Source: Parcubacteria group bacterium M6-OD1-1
GTDB taxonomy: Bacteria; Patescibacteriota; Minisyncoccia; GWC2-36-17; M10-OD1-4
Length of the DNA stretch: 64,000 bases
Direction: 5' to 3'
Assembly (NCBI GenBank): GCA_003056085.1
Contig: LSNK01000001.1
Span: 8,481-72,480, forward strand
Of this stretch, positions 9,428 to 19,782 are shown piece by piece. Positions within the stretch are counted from its first letter, which is position 1; each line of letters opens with the position of its first letter. Below the pieces are notes generated by a model. The model did no database searches. It was not told where the DNA came from and saw only the letters and a program-made list of their open reading frames with translations. The position numbers and the translations under genes are program-made.

Positions 9428-10099
9428 TCCGAAATACTTTTCTTTATAAAAACGAAGCAGCTGTTCCGCCTCCGGAATACAAACAGGGTCACCAGTTCCC
9501 ACTTTTGTTTTTTTTTGAAGTTTTTCAAAAGTATCTGCTCCTTCAAGCACCGCTTCTTCAATATCTTTATCTGTTACATTTAAAACTTTATCTATAACTT
9601 TTTTGCCTTCCACTTTTATTCTGTCGTTTTGTCCTGTTCTTCTAAAAAAATCATTAATGGCGCTTTGAAGCGCTTTGTCTCCTAAAACAGAGCAGTGAAT
9701 TTTCCTGTTTGGAAGACCTCCTAATCTTTCCATTATGTCTTGTGGTTTTATCTTCAAAGCATCCTCCACTTTCATGCCTCCATTTTCCAAAAGCATAACA
9801 GAAAGCATAGATGTTGAAGCAATAGCGGACGCGCATCCGAAGGTCTGCCATTTTGCATCTTTTATTTTCTCTGTTTTTTCATCCACCAAAAGCCAGATTT
9901 TCATCATATCTCCGCACGCAGGAGAACCAACCATACCCAAAGCGTTGTATTTAAACTTTCCTTCCATGTCGGTCGTCAAAAAATTCCTCGGATTAAAAAA
10001 ATGATCTTTTACATTTTCCGTGTAAACCCATTTTTCTTTTTTATCATAAGAAACAACATCGGATTCACTTCTTTTATTTTTTTTATTTTCGTTTTTCAT
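9425..10099 (-). CDS. iscU: IscU/NifU-type Fe-S scaffold with C-terminal BFD-like domain
   Basis: HFFNPRN, GSPACGD, TFGCASAIAS, KIHCS. Confidence 0.88.
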   Translation of the reverse strand: MKNENKKNKRSESDVVSYDKKEKWVYTENVKDHFFNPRNFLTTDMEGKFKYNALGMVGSPACGDMMKIWLLVDEKTEKIKDAKWQTFGCASAIASTSMLSVMLLENGGMKVEDALKIKPQDIMERLGGLPNRKIHCSVLGDKALQSAINDFFRRTGQNDRIKVEGKKVIDKVLNVTDKDIEEAVLEGADTFEKLQKKTKVGTGDPVCIPEAEQLLRFYKEKYFG

Positions 10100-10123
10100 A
10101 AAATATATTCTAAATTTCAAATT

Positions 10124-11335
10124 TTAAAGCTTCAACTTACTCATGTCTATTTTTGTCGGTGATATTTTTCTTAAATTTTCAACCACCCCCGGAAGTTTTT
10201 CCAAAACATAATCAATATCTTCTTCTGTTGTGTATCTTCCAAGAGCAAACCTCAAACTTCCATGAGCCGCCTCATACGGCAAACCAATCGCTAAAATAAC
10301 ATGCGAAGGGTCAAGGCTGTGTGAAGTGCAGGCAGAACCCGTTGAAGTATAAATTCCGTATTGATCCAAGTGAAGTATCAAAGCTTCACCTTCAATATCC
10401 AAAATCGTAATATTTATATTATTCGGCAAACGTTTCTCCGGATGTCCGTTTAAAAAAGTTTTTGGAATAGTTTTTAAAATTTCTTCTTTTAATTTCTTGC
10501 CTAATTTCAAAAGCCTTTCTGTTTCTTCTTCTTTTTTTTCATCTGCTAATTTAAGAGCTTTTGTGAGCCCCACGATTCCTGCTATATTTTCCGTTCCCGA
10601 TCTTAAATTTTTCTCCTGACCGCCACCATAAACCAATGGTTCTATTTTAACTCCTGTTTTTAAATATAAAATACCAATACCCTTCGGACCGTATATTTTA
10701 CTTCCATTTAAAGTAAGCATGTCCACCCCAAGGTCATTTATATTCAAGTTCAAATAACCCGCAGCCTGACATGCATCTGTATGAAAGTAAGGAAATTGTG
10801 TTTTGTTTTCTTTTTTGAAGTTTTTAATAACTTCAGCAATTTCAGAAATAGGCTCAATAGTTCCTATTTCATTATTGGCATACATTATAGAAACCAAAAC
10901 TGTATCTTTCCGTAATGCATTTTTTACATCTTTTGGATTCACCAAGCCATATTTATCCACCGGAAGATATGTGACTTCAAATCCTTCTTTTTCCAGCTTC
11001 TCGCAAGGATGAAGCACCGCATGATGTTCAATTTTGGAAGTTATAATATGATTCTTCTTTTCTTTATTTTTTCTTGCAGATCCTAAAATAGCCAAGTTGT
11101 CCGACTCCGTGCCTCCTGAGGTAAACAAAATCTCATCCGGACGAACACCTCCCAAAATTTTGGCTATTTCTTCCCTCGCTTCGTCAATAACCATTTTAGA
11201 TTCATGTCCAAGCTTATACATACTTGAGGGATTGCCGTAATGTTCAGAAAAATACGGCAACATAGCCTCCAAAACTTTGGGGTCTGTTTTTGTTGTTGCT
11301 GCATTGTCTAAATATACTTCCTTTGTTGTTTTCAT
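10124..11335 (-). CDS. iscS: Cysteine desulfurase
   Basis: YLDNAATT, FTSGGTESDN, KIYGPKG, STGSACTS. Confidence 0.95.
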   Translation of the reverse strand: MKTTKEVYLDNAATTKTDPKVLEAMLPYFSEHYGNPSSMYKLGHESKMVIDEAREEIAKILGGVRPDEILFTSGGTESDNLAILGSARKNKEKKNHIITSKIEHHAVLHPCEKLEKEGFEVTYLPVDKYGLVNPKDVKNALRKDTVLVSIMYANNEIGTIEPISEIAEVIKNFKKENKTQFPYFHTDACQAAGYLNLNINDLGVDMLTLNGSKIYGPKGIGILYLKTGVKIEPLVYGGGQEKNLRSGTENIAGIVGLTKALKLADEKKEEETERLLKLGKKLKEEILKTIPKTFLNGHPEKRLPNNINITILDIEGEALILHLDQYGIYTSTGSACTSHSLDPSHVILAIGLPYEAAHGSLRFALGRYTTEEDIDYVLEKLPGVVENLRKISPTKIDMSKLKL

Positions 11336-11561
11336 TTAATATTACTGCTAATTTTAATCTTTAATTTAATACTAATAAGAATTAAATAATAAGATAAAGA
11401 AACAAGACACGATAACCAAGCAACAAGCAAATTTCAAGAAACAATAATCAAAACGAGCCGTGTTTGTAATTTGTTGTTTGATTATCGCAGCTTGTTTGTT
11501 ACTTGTTTTTTTGTATCTTGGTTATTTCTTAAAAATTCTTTATTTTTAACTCTTAATTTTT

Positions 11562-11957
11562 TTATAAAATATCTTTTAAACTTATATTGCTCAATGTATC
11601 ATCTACACTTTTTTTCAACTTGCTCCATACTACTCTCGTTTTACATCCTTTTTCTTTCCCGCACTTGTGTCCGGAAAGGCATTTTACCGGAGCGGTATCT
11701 CCTTCAAAAATATTAATTATGTTTAAAATATTAATCTCTTCCGGGGATTTCAAAAGCATATAACCTCCGTTTCTTCCCGCCTTTGACTTTATGATTTTCT
11801 GTTTTTTTAAAAGCGCGGCTATTTCTTCAAGATACCCGTAAGATATATTTTCTTTTTTTGATACTTCCGCAAGAGAAACGACTCTTCCTTTACAAGATGC
11901 AATATACGCCAAAAGACTTAGCGCATATTCACTCCTTGTTGAAACTTTAAAAAACAT
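11562..11957 (-). CDS. iscR: Rrf2/IscR-family regulator
   Basis: Rrf2 winged HTH, GRNGGY, three C-terminal Cys, first gene of the isc cluster. Confidence 0.8.
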   Translation of the reverse strand: MFFKVSTRSEYALSLLAYIASCKGRVVSLAEVSKKENISYGYLEEIAALLKKQKIIKSKAGRNGGYMLLKSPEEINILNIINIFEGDTAPVKCLSGHKCGKEKGCKTRVVWSKLKKSVDDTLSNISLKDIL

Positions 11958-12320
11958 AGATTAAATCTAATTCCAAGTTAATAGCTGTGAGTTTAATATA
12001 TAATTTTTAAAAAGTCAACTACCATTCTTAAATTAGGCTGAATATCCATAACTTGATTCTTTTAAAAAAATAATGCACAATACTTCCAGTATTTATTCAT
12101 GCAACCTTGGAGGTTAGCAGTGTGAAAAAAATTAAAAATAGAGCAAAGATTAAAAACGCGGCCAAAAGAAATCATCTCAACAAGCGCAGGGAAAAAATAA
12201 TCCTGAAACTCCAAAGACAACAACTCCAATAAGTAAAATAAAGTCTACCGCCCCTCTTGTCTAAAACAGACAAGAGGATTTTTTTTGGATTTTTTTTGCG
12301 GTTTCTGCTAAAATAAGCTC

Positions 12321-13718
12321 ATGTTTATATATGACACTCTATCAAAAAAGAAAAAAGTATTCAGACCTCGTGATAAAAAACAAGTGACTATGTTTGTGTG
12401 CGGAATAACCCCGTATGACTCTCCTCATATAGGAAATATACGTGCTTTTTTAAATTATGACATTATAGCAAACTATCTTAGACACAAAGGCTATAAACTT
12501 AAATACATTCAAAATATAACCGACATAGACGACAAAATAATAGCAAGATCACAAGAAAAGAAACTTGACTGGGAAAAACTCGGCAATCAATACTTTGAAG
12601 AATTAAAAAATATTTTAAAAACTTTAAATATAAAAAGCGTTGATAAATACATAAAAGCAACTGACCATATCCCGCACATAATAAAACAAATAAAAACCCT
12701 CATAAAAAAAGGCTATGCTTACGAAAATAACGGCACTGTATTTTTTGATGTCAGAAAATTTAAAGATTACGGGAAACTCTCGGGACAAAATTTAAAAAAG
12801 CTCAAAAAAGCGGAACGAACAGAGAAAGACACAAATAAAAAACATCCTTACGATTTTGCTCTATGGAAAGCAAAAAAACTTTCAGAGCCTTCCTGGGACT
12901 CGCCTTTCGGACCGGGAAGACCCGGCTGGCACATAGAAGATACGGCCATAACGGAACATTACTTTGGACAGCAATATGACATACACGGAGGAGGAAGAGA
13001 CTTAATATTTCCCCACCATGAATGCGAAATAGCTCAGCAAGAATCAGCCTCCGGTAAAAAACCATTTGTAAAATACTGGATGCATTCCGGATTTGTTAAT
13101 GTAAATGGAGAAAAAATGTCTAAATCTCTTGGAAATTTTATAACTGTAAAAGAACTTTTGGAAAAAACTGAGCCGGACATTATAAGATTTATGATGCTTT
13201 CTGTGCATTACAGATCCCCCATTGACTACACAAGCAAGCTGCTTGAACAATCAAAAAGTTCTCTTGAAAAGATAACTGATTTTTCAGACAGGTTAAAAAA
13301 ATTCAAACCTAAAATCAATCCAAAAAAATCAATTTCATGCAAGTGTAAAACAATAAATGCTCAGATTAAAAAGTTTTTCTCAGAAATGGACGATGACTTC
13401 AATACGCCAAAAGCTTTGGCGGCGCTTTTTAGTTTAATTAATTTATCAAATTCAAAAATGGATAAAAACACCTTATCTGAAACAGACAAAGAAAATATAA
13501 TTTCATTTTTAAAAGACGTTGAAAATATTTTCGGAATAAAAATATTAACAAAAAAAAGAGAGAAAATCTCAGAAGACATAACCGACCTTTTGGAAGCCCG
13601 CAAAAAAGCCAGAAAAGAAAAAAATTGGAATGAGTCAGATAAAATAAGAGAGATGCTGAAAAAAAGAGGCTACTTGGTCAAAGACACCCCGCAAGGACAA
13701 AAACTCAAAAAAGTATAA
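12321..13718 (+). CDS. cysS: Cysteine--tRNA ligase
   Basis: CGITPY, HIGN, GRPGWHIE, KMSKS. Confidence 0.97.
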   Translation: MFIYDTLSKKKKVFRPRDKKQVTMFVCGITPYDSPHIGNIRAFLNYDIIANYLRHKGYKLKYIQNITDIDDKIIARSQEKKLDWEKLGNQYFEELKNILKTLNIKSVDKYIKATDHIPHIIKQIKTLIKKGYAYENNGTVFFDVRKFKDYGKLSGQNLKKLKKAERTEKDTNKKHPYDFALWKAKKLSEPSWDSPFGPGRPGWHIEDTAITEHYFGQQYDIHGGGRDLIFPHHECEIAQQESASGKKPFVKYWMHSGFVNVNGEKMSKSLGNFITVKELLEKTEPDIIRFMMLSVHYRSPIDYTSKLLEQSKSSLEKITDFSDRLKKFKPKINPKKSISCKCKTINAQIKKFFSEMDDDFNTPKALAALFSLINLSNSKMDKNTLSETDKENIISFLKDVENIFGIKILTKKREKISEDITDLLEARKKARKEKNWNESDKIREMLKKRGYLVKDTPQGQKLKKV

Positions 13719-13853
13719 AATAATGAACAGTTTATAAACACCTTATAAAAAAACCTTTTAAATTGGAGGGTTTTTTTGTTTAAATTACTCATTTTTGACT
13801 TCAGTTATTTTTCAAGCTATCATAGGTTTACTAAAGAATAAACTAATTTAATT

Positions 13854-15254
13854 ATGACGCAAAAAAACGAGAAAGCTGAAAATATAAAAATGCCGCCGCA
13901 TAATATTGAGGCGGAACAATCTGTTTTAGGTTCTATTTTATTGGACAAAGAGTCAATGGTAAAAGTGGCTGATATTATAACTTCAAAAGATTTTTACAAA
14001 AAAGCTCACAGACTTATTTATGAGACTATGCTTGATTTGTATCAAAACCAAGAGCCTATTGATGTTTTAAATGTAACAAACAGACTTAAAGACAAAAAAC
14101 AGCTCAAAGATGTCGGTGGCGCAAGCTACATTACTAATTTAGTAAACTCCATAGCCACCCCGGCGCATATAGCCTCCTACGCAAAAACTGTTTACAAAAA
14201 AAGAATTTTAAGAGACCTAATATCAGCATCTTATAATATAGCGGAACTTGGCTACAAAGAACACGAGGACATAGATATGCTTTTGGACGAAGCGGAAAAA
14301 AACATTTTTGGGATAACGCAGGAATCCCTTTCCCAATCATTTTCACATGTTAAAAATACACTTGATGCGGCTTTTGAAAGAATAGAAAAACTTCACCAAA
14401 ATGACCATGCTATGCGAGGAGTGGCGACAGGATTTAAAAAAATGGATAATCTTTTATCCGGACTTCAAAAATCCGACCTTGTAATACTTGCCGCAAGACC
14501 AAGTTTGGGAAAAACATCTCTTGCCTTGAACATAGCTTTAAATGCCGCAAAAAATAAAGTACCTGTCGGAATTTTTTCCCTTGAAATGTCCAGCGAACAG
14601 CTTGTAGACAGACTTATAGCCACAGAAGCAAGGGTTGATCTGTGGAAATTAAGAACTGGAAACTTATCAATGGACGGAGAGCTCAACGACTTTGCGCGTA
14701 TAAGCGACGCTTTAGGGTCTTTGTCAGAAGCGCCAATATTTTTTGAGGAATCCTCCAATCCAAACATATTGCAAATGAGAACAATGGCAAGAAGACTCCA
14801 GGCAGAACATGGACTTGGACTAATAGTGGTTGACTATCTCCAGCTTATACAGCCAAGAAACCCAAACGACTCACCTGTTCAATCAATCAGTGAAATTTCA
14901 AGATCTTTAAAGGGTCTTGCAAGAGAACTTAATGTTCCGGTTCTCGCGCTTTCACAGCTTTCTCGTGCAGTTGAACAAAGAACGGCAAGAATACCAAAGC
15001 TTTCCGACTTGAGAGATTCGGGCTCTATTGAACAGGACGCAGACGTAGTTATGTTTATTTACAGAGAGGATAAAGACAGAGAAAATACAGAAAGAAAGAA
15101 CCAAGCCGATATTATTATTGCAAAACACAGAAACGGACCTTTGGGCAATGTTGCTCTTTATTTTGACCAAGAAAGAGCAACTTTTGAAGACCTTTCGAGT
15201 GACGACTATGAAGAATCCGGAGCTAATGACGAACCACCAAAAGATGTATTCTAA
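13854..15254 (+). CDS. dnaB: Replicative DNA helicase
   Basis: ARPSLGKT, DYLQL, LRDSGSIEQDAD. Confidence 0.97.
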   Translation: MTQKNEKAENIKMPPHNIEAEQSVLGSILLDKESMVKVADIITSKDFYKKAHRLIYETMLDLYQNQEPIDVLNVTNRLKDKKQLKDVGGASYITNLVNSIATPAHIASYAKTVYKKRILRDLISASYNIAELGYKEHEDIDMLLDEAEKNIFGITQESLSQSFSHVKNTLDAAFERIEKLHQNDHAMRGVATGFKKMDNLLSGLQKSDLVILAARPSLGKTSLALNIALNAAKNKVPVGIFSLEMSSEQLVDRLIATEARVDLWKLRTGNLSMDGELNDFARISDALGSLSEAPIFFEESSNPNILQMRTMARRLQAEHGLGLIVVDYLQLIQPRNPNDSPVQSISEISRSLKGLARELNVPVLALSQLSRAVEQRTARIPKLSDLRDSGSIEQDADVVMFIYREDKDRENTERKNQADIIIAKHRNGPLGNVALYFDQERATFEDLSSDDYEESGANDEPPKDVF

Positions 15255-15858
15255 ATCCATACAAAATTTAATAGAAAGCCTTTCAAAGCTCCCTTCCATA
15301 GGACCAAGGCAAGCATCCAGAATTGTATTTTATCTTCTTAAGAAACCTGATGACGAGATAAAATCTTTTTCTGAAAATCTATTATCACTCAAACAAAATG
15401 TGAAGCTTTGTCCTGAATGTTTTTTAAGCTATGAAGCTGACGGAGTAAAAAAAGGCTGTGATATATGCTTGAGCCATAAAAGGCTAAAAACAAAAATTTG
15501 CGTACTTCAAAAAGAGGTGGAAATAAACAACATTGAAAATACCGGAATATTTGACGGCGTTTATCATATTATTGGAGAAGATATAAATATGCTAAATGAT
15601 GAAAAACAAACCGAAACAAGCATAAAAAAATTAATAGAAAGAATAAAAAATCTTAAAAACCAAAATCAAAATGACATTGAAGTCATATTGGCGACAAATC
15701 CAACCACAGAAGGAACGGCAATGCTGATGTATTTAAATCAAAAACTAAAACCTCTTGATATTAAAATTACCGTTTTAGGCAGAGGCTTGTCATCCGGCAA
15801 TGAACTGGAATACGCCGACCAAGAAACAATAAACAATGCATTTTTAGGCAGAAACTGA
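15244..15858 (+). CDS. recR: Recombination mediator RecR
   Basis: LPSIGPRQASR, C4 zinc finger, ATNPTTEG, ELEYAD; start moved to ATG 15244. Confidence 0.93.
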   Translation: MYSKSIQNLIESLSKLPSIGPRQASRIVFYLLKKPDDEIKSFSENLLSLKQNVKLCPECFLSYEADGVKKGCDICLSHKRLKTKICVLQKEVEINNIENTGIFDGVYHIIGEDINMLNDEKQTETSIKKLIERIKNLKNQNQNDIEVILATNPTTEGTAMLMYLNQKLKPLDIKITVLGRGLSSGNELEYADQETINNAFLGRN

Positions 15859-15859
15859 C

Positions 15860-15894
15860 AACAAAAAACCCGCTTAAACAGCGAGTTTTTTGTT
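15860..15894. terminator. Bidirectional intrinsic terminator between recR and rplU
   Basis: aacaaaaaacccgct..agcgagttttttgtt. Confidence 0.75.
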
Positions 15895-15915
15895 GAGTTT
15901 TATTTGAGTAAGTTT

Positions 15916-16224
15916 TTATTTAATATCAGTAATTTTTACTTCAGTATGAGGCTGTCTATGCCCTCTTTTAACTCTCACTCTTTTTTTAGGTTTATACCTT
16001 AAAGATATCTTTTTTTTGTCTCTTCCTTGAGTTAATATCTCTCCGGAAACCTTAGAGCCTTCAATGTAAGGCTGACCTATTTTGGTATCTTTGTCGGAAG
16101 AAATAAGCAAAACTTTATCAAAGACAATTTTAGAACCTTCCTCACCTTTTAGTTTTTCCACTTTTATCTTGTCTCCAACAGATACTTTATATTGTTTTCC
16201 TCCTGTTTCTATTACGCTAAACAT
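15916..16224 (-). CDS. rplU: 50S ribosomal protein L21
   Basis: IETGGKQYKV, GHRQPHT. Confidence 0.97.
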   Translation of the reverse strand: MFSVIETGGKQYKVSVGDKIKVEKLKGEEGSKIVFDKVLLISSDKDTKIGQPYIEGSKVSGEILTQGRDKKKISLRYKPKKRVRVKRGHRQPHTEVKITDIK

Positions 16225-16472
16225 ATTTTTATAATTTTAGTAAAACTTTAATGAAGTTGAGTATATCAAATTAACCATATTTTGTAAATAGCATATACTC
16301 TAAGTTTAAAAAACAACTAAAACACCTATATGACATAAGTATTGTCAATTTGATATTAGAATGAGAGTTAAAATTTATTCTATTAGTTTAAATTTTATAA
16401 CTTAAGTAAAAATACCGCTTCTCTTATTTTGAACCTTTGCATTTTATATATATTACTATATATAATAAAAAT

Positions 16473-17753
16473 ATGACAAAAATTGAAAAGAAAATAAAAG
16501 AAGCTCCAAAAAGCCCCGGAATATACTTTTTTAAAGACAAAAAAGGAAAAGTTATTTATATCGGCAAAGCAAATGTTTTAAAAAACAGAGTTTCTCAATA
16601 TTTTAGAAGTCCAAAAAAACATTCTCAAAAAACTAAAAAATTAGTTGAGAATATTTTTGATGTTGATTTTTTAATTTGCGACTCGGAAATAGATGCGCTC
16701 ATCAAAGAAGCCTGTTATATAAAAAAATATGATCCAAAATACAATATTCTTATGCGGGATGATAAGAATTACTTTTTTGTTGGCATCACAAAAGAAACAT
16801 ATCCCAGAATATTCATAACCCACCAACCTCTTGCCGAAGGTTCTACTGTCCGAGGTTCAACCTCGAACAATTATATTGGTCCATTTACTGAAGGATTTGC
16901 CTTAAAAGAAACTCTAAAACTACTCAGAAAAACATTCCCCTACCGGCACTGTGTAAAACTTCCAAAAAAAGCTTGTTTACAATATCACCTAAATAGATGC
17001 CTCGCTCCCTGCATAAAAGAAAATACAAAAACAAAAGTAAAGCAAAATATAAGGTATATAGAAAAAATACTCAAAGGGGAAAAACAAAGTCTTCTTAAGC
17101 AATTTGAAAAACAAATGATTAAATACGCAAAAGAAGAAAAATTTGAAAAAGCAGATGAAATAAAAAAACAAACAGAAAATATCAAAAAAATATTTAAACA
17201 CAAATACTCCCTTCAAAAATTCAAAGAAGTAAAACGAAAAACCATAAATTGGCAAGCTGCAGAAAAGTTTATTCAAAAACTTCTTAAAACAAAAAAAAGA
17301 ATATCCCGCGTAGAAGCATATGATATTTCAAATATTTCCGGAAAGCATGCTGTTGGCTCTATGGTTGTTTTTACCGACGGATTGCCTGACAAAAAAGAAT
17401 ATAGAAAGTTTAAAATAAAATTCTCGGGAAACGAACCAAATGATCCTAAAATGATGCAAGAGATTTTAGCAAGAAGATTTAAAAGAAAAGATTGGCCAAA
17501 ACCAGGACTGATAATTTTAGACGGAGGTGTAACTCAGCTTAATGCAGTAAAAAAAATAGCACCCAAAAACCAGCTTATAGCATCTTTAGCCAAACAAAAC
17601 GAAGAAATATATCTGCCGGAGAATTCCCTGCCTAACCCAACAGAAAACATGCCGGAAGATGTTAAATTTTTCTTTCAAAAAATAAGAAATGAGGCTCATA
17701 GATTTGCAATAACATTTCACAGAAATTTAAGGTCAAAGAAATTTCTAAAATAA
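16473..17753 (+). CDS. uvrC: Excinuclease ABC subunit C (short form, no C-terminal HhH)
   Basis: GIY..YIGKA..L..RV.QYF, EAYDISNI, DGG, IRNEAHRFAI. Confidence 0.92.
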   Translation: MTKIEKKIKEAPKSPGIYFFKDKKGKVIYIGKANVLKNRVSQYFRSPKKHSQKTKKLVENIFDVDFLICDSEIDALIKEACYIKKYDPKYNILMRDDKNYFFVGITKETYPRIFITHQPLAEGSTVRGSTSNNYIGPFTEGFALKETLKLLRKTFPYRHCVKLPKKACLQYHLNRCLAPCIKENTKTKVKQNIRYIEKILKGEKQSLLKQFEKQMIKYAKEEKFEKADEIKKQTENIKKIFKHKYSLQKFKEVKRKTINWQAAEKFIQKLLKTKKRISRVEAYDISNISGKHAVGSMVVFTDGLPDKKEYRKFKIKFSGNEPNDPKMMQEILARRFKRKDWPKPGLIILDGGVTQLNAVKKIAPKNQLIASLAKQNEEIYLPENSLPNPTENMPEDVKFFFQKIRNEAHRFAITFHRNLRSKKFLK

Positions 17754-17826
17754 AAAAAATAGCTCGGCAGAATTTACATAGGTGAATTTACATAGGTGAG
17801 ACCTATGTAAAAAGATGGAATATAAA

Positions 17827-17853
17827 AAACTCGGCAGAAATTTCTGCCGAGCT
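17827..17853. terminator. Terminator hairpin between convergent genes
   Basis: ctcggcagaaatttctgccgag. Confidence 0.7.
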
Positions 17854-17889
17854 AAACTACATTAAAATATTATTTGTTTTTTGCTTTGG

Positions 17890-19005
17890 TTAGTTTTTGC
17901 TGCAACCCGTAATCTTGTGATGAACCGGAAACAGCAGTTCATTCAACAAAAAAACGAATTTTTTTGCTTCATCGCGATGCTCTTCCGGGAAATTTTCCGG
18001 CAACCTTCCGTAGATGGCCTGCATAAGAGAAACATGCCATTTGTCTTTGTAATTATCCAGGAAACTAAAAACTCCGGAACAATCCACGGGTTTTAAAAAA
18101 GCGATAGGATGCCTCTCTTTTCCCATTTCCTGAATAAATACTTGAACGATGATGGCGCCGCCATGACGAACAGTTCTCCTGCCTTCTGTTTTGGGTTGAA
18201 GATGAAGCTTATAATGCCCTTCTTTCCCTAAAACAACAGAGGTAAGATCATCGGACGCATCCTTGCGGCTCATTAGCTCCTGAGTTTTCCGAACGATTTT
18301 TTCCCTTTTCTTAAAGGAAAATTCCTTCATTTTTTTGGAAATTTCAAGATACAGCGCCTCCTCTTCGGGAGTTTTAATGCCAAAAAAACATTCTTTGTTG
18401 GGAAAATAAACTTTATCTTCCCATAGAAAGGCACCTTCGGAAAGCTTTCCTTTATTTTCAGACTTGACTCGATGAATCTCCTCCCGAAAAACTTCCCGAT
18501 ATCTTGAAGTTTCACCGTGATTGCAAGCCAGCTCGGTTGTCAGCTTATGAACAATGCCGTTCATATCTTCCTTGGTTTTGACTGCCCGAATTTCTGACAA
18601 AAACTCATAACACTTAACAAGCTGCAAAAGAGCCTTATCCTTGACGCCTTCAATTTCTTTGATGGCATTTTGAATTTTGGCTCCCTGCTTACTTAAGGAC
18701 TCATCAAGATCCCAGTCAGGAAATTTGCTGTACAGAACCTTAAGAGACTGATGACACTCAAAAAGGCGCTCTCCGGCTTTTGTCGCCCATTCACGCTTTT
18801 TAGCAATTTCCTGAGCAGCCTTTTCAACTTCCTCCTCGTCAATGGAAAAATCCATTTGGAGGTCAATGTCAGGCAATTTTTCTGAGTCAAACTTAGCAGG
18901 GACAATGGGGACAACTTTTTCATTTTTGCCGTTAATCTTGTCCTTAATGTCGCCCATCGCGAGAGCCATGACAGTAGTTGCGCCAGCATCTTTTTCCGTG
19001 TTCAT
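17890..19005 (-). CDS. Orphan hypothetical protein
   Basis: 371-aa ORF, GAGGTG SD, TTGACA-N16-TATAAT upstream. Confidence 0.8.
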   Translation of the reverse strand: MNTEKDAGATTVMALAMGDIKDKINGKNEKVVPIVPAKFDSEKLPDIDLQMDFSIDEEEVEKAAQEIAKKREWATKAGERLFECHQSLKVLYSKFPDWDLDESLSKQGAKIQNAIKEIEGVKDKALLQLVKCYEFLSEIRAVKTKEDMNGIVHKLTTELACNHGETSRYREVFREEIHRVKSENKGKLSEGAFLWEDKVYFPNKECFFGIKTPEEEALYLEISKKMKEFSFKKREKIVRKTQELMSRKDASDDLTSVVLGKEGHYKLHLQPKTEGRRTVRHGGAIIVQVFIQEMGKERHPIAFLKPVDCSGVFSFLDNYKDKWHVSLMQAIYGRLPENFPEEHRDEAKKFVFLLNELLFPVHHKITGCSKN

Positions 19006-19169
19006 AATATCACCTCTTTGATATATTTTGTATTTAAAAAAACAAACTTAAATCACCAATTATACTTGGTGGTTTTTTCCTTTCTCAACGTACTAAAACA
19101 TATTATACATAAAATATTAATTATGTCAATAGTTGATTTGTTTATATTGCTGTGGTATTCTTACCGTTA

Positions 19170-19514
19170 ATGAGATTTATCGCCTTAATAATTTCAAATG
19201 CATTAGCCCTTTTTCTTGCCGCTAATTTTATAGACGGCGTCACATTAAATGGAGGCTACAAAGAGCTTACTCTCGCGGCTGTTGTTATCGGCTTAATTAA
19301 CTTTTTGCTGAAACCGGTCCTAAAATTGCTATTTGGTCCATTTATTATTTTAAGTTTGGGGCTTTTTGTTATAGTTATAAATATGGGCATATTATGGATT
19401 TCTGACCTCTTATTGGAACAGGTTGCATTTTCAGGAATATCCGCCCTGTTTTTAACAACGTTGCTTTTGGGAGTAATAAATTTTATTGTATCAATATCAT
19501 TTAAAAAGCATTAG
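19170..19514 (+). CDS. YvlD/phage holin superfamily IV membrane protein
   Basis: GLINFLLKPVL..P..ILSLGLF..VIN. Confidence 0.85.
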   Translation: MRFIALIISNALALFLAANFIDGVTLNGGYKELTLAAVVIGLINFLLKPVLKLLFGPFIILSLGLFVIVINMGILWISDLLLEQVAFSGISALFLTTLLLGVINFIVSISFKKH

Positions 19515-19563
19515 GAAATTTATTCAATTTTGATTGAGTTTAATTATATAATTTAAAAAAAGA

Positions 19564-19779
19564 ATGTTTAATATAATTTTAATAATAATATCTATAGGAC
19601 TAATAACTGTGGTTTTGCTTCAGCAGAAAAATGCCGGAGGAGGATCTATGTTTGGTGGAGGTGGAGGATCTGAAAACATCTATCAAACAAAAAGAGGACT
19701 TGATAAAGTATTATTTATAGCAACAATCGTTTTATCTGCCCTTTTTATTGGGATAGCTTTTGTAAGACTATTACTTTAA
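19564..19779 (+). CDS. secG: Preprotein translocase SecG
   Basis: LLQQK..GG.FGG..TKRG..L..T. Confidence 0.92.
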   Translation: MFNIILIIISIGLITVVLLQQKNAGGGSMFGGGGGSENIYQTKRGLDKVLFIATIVLSALFIGIAFVRLLL

Positions 19780-19782
19780 AGC

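Noticed and set aside
19170-19514. Prophage implied by the holin-family gene
   Set aside because: YvlD-like genes are common on chromosomes and no phage genes are nearby.
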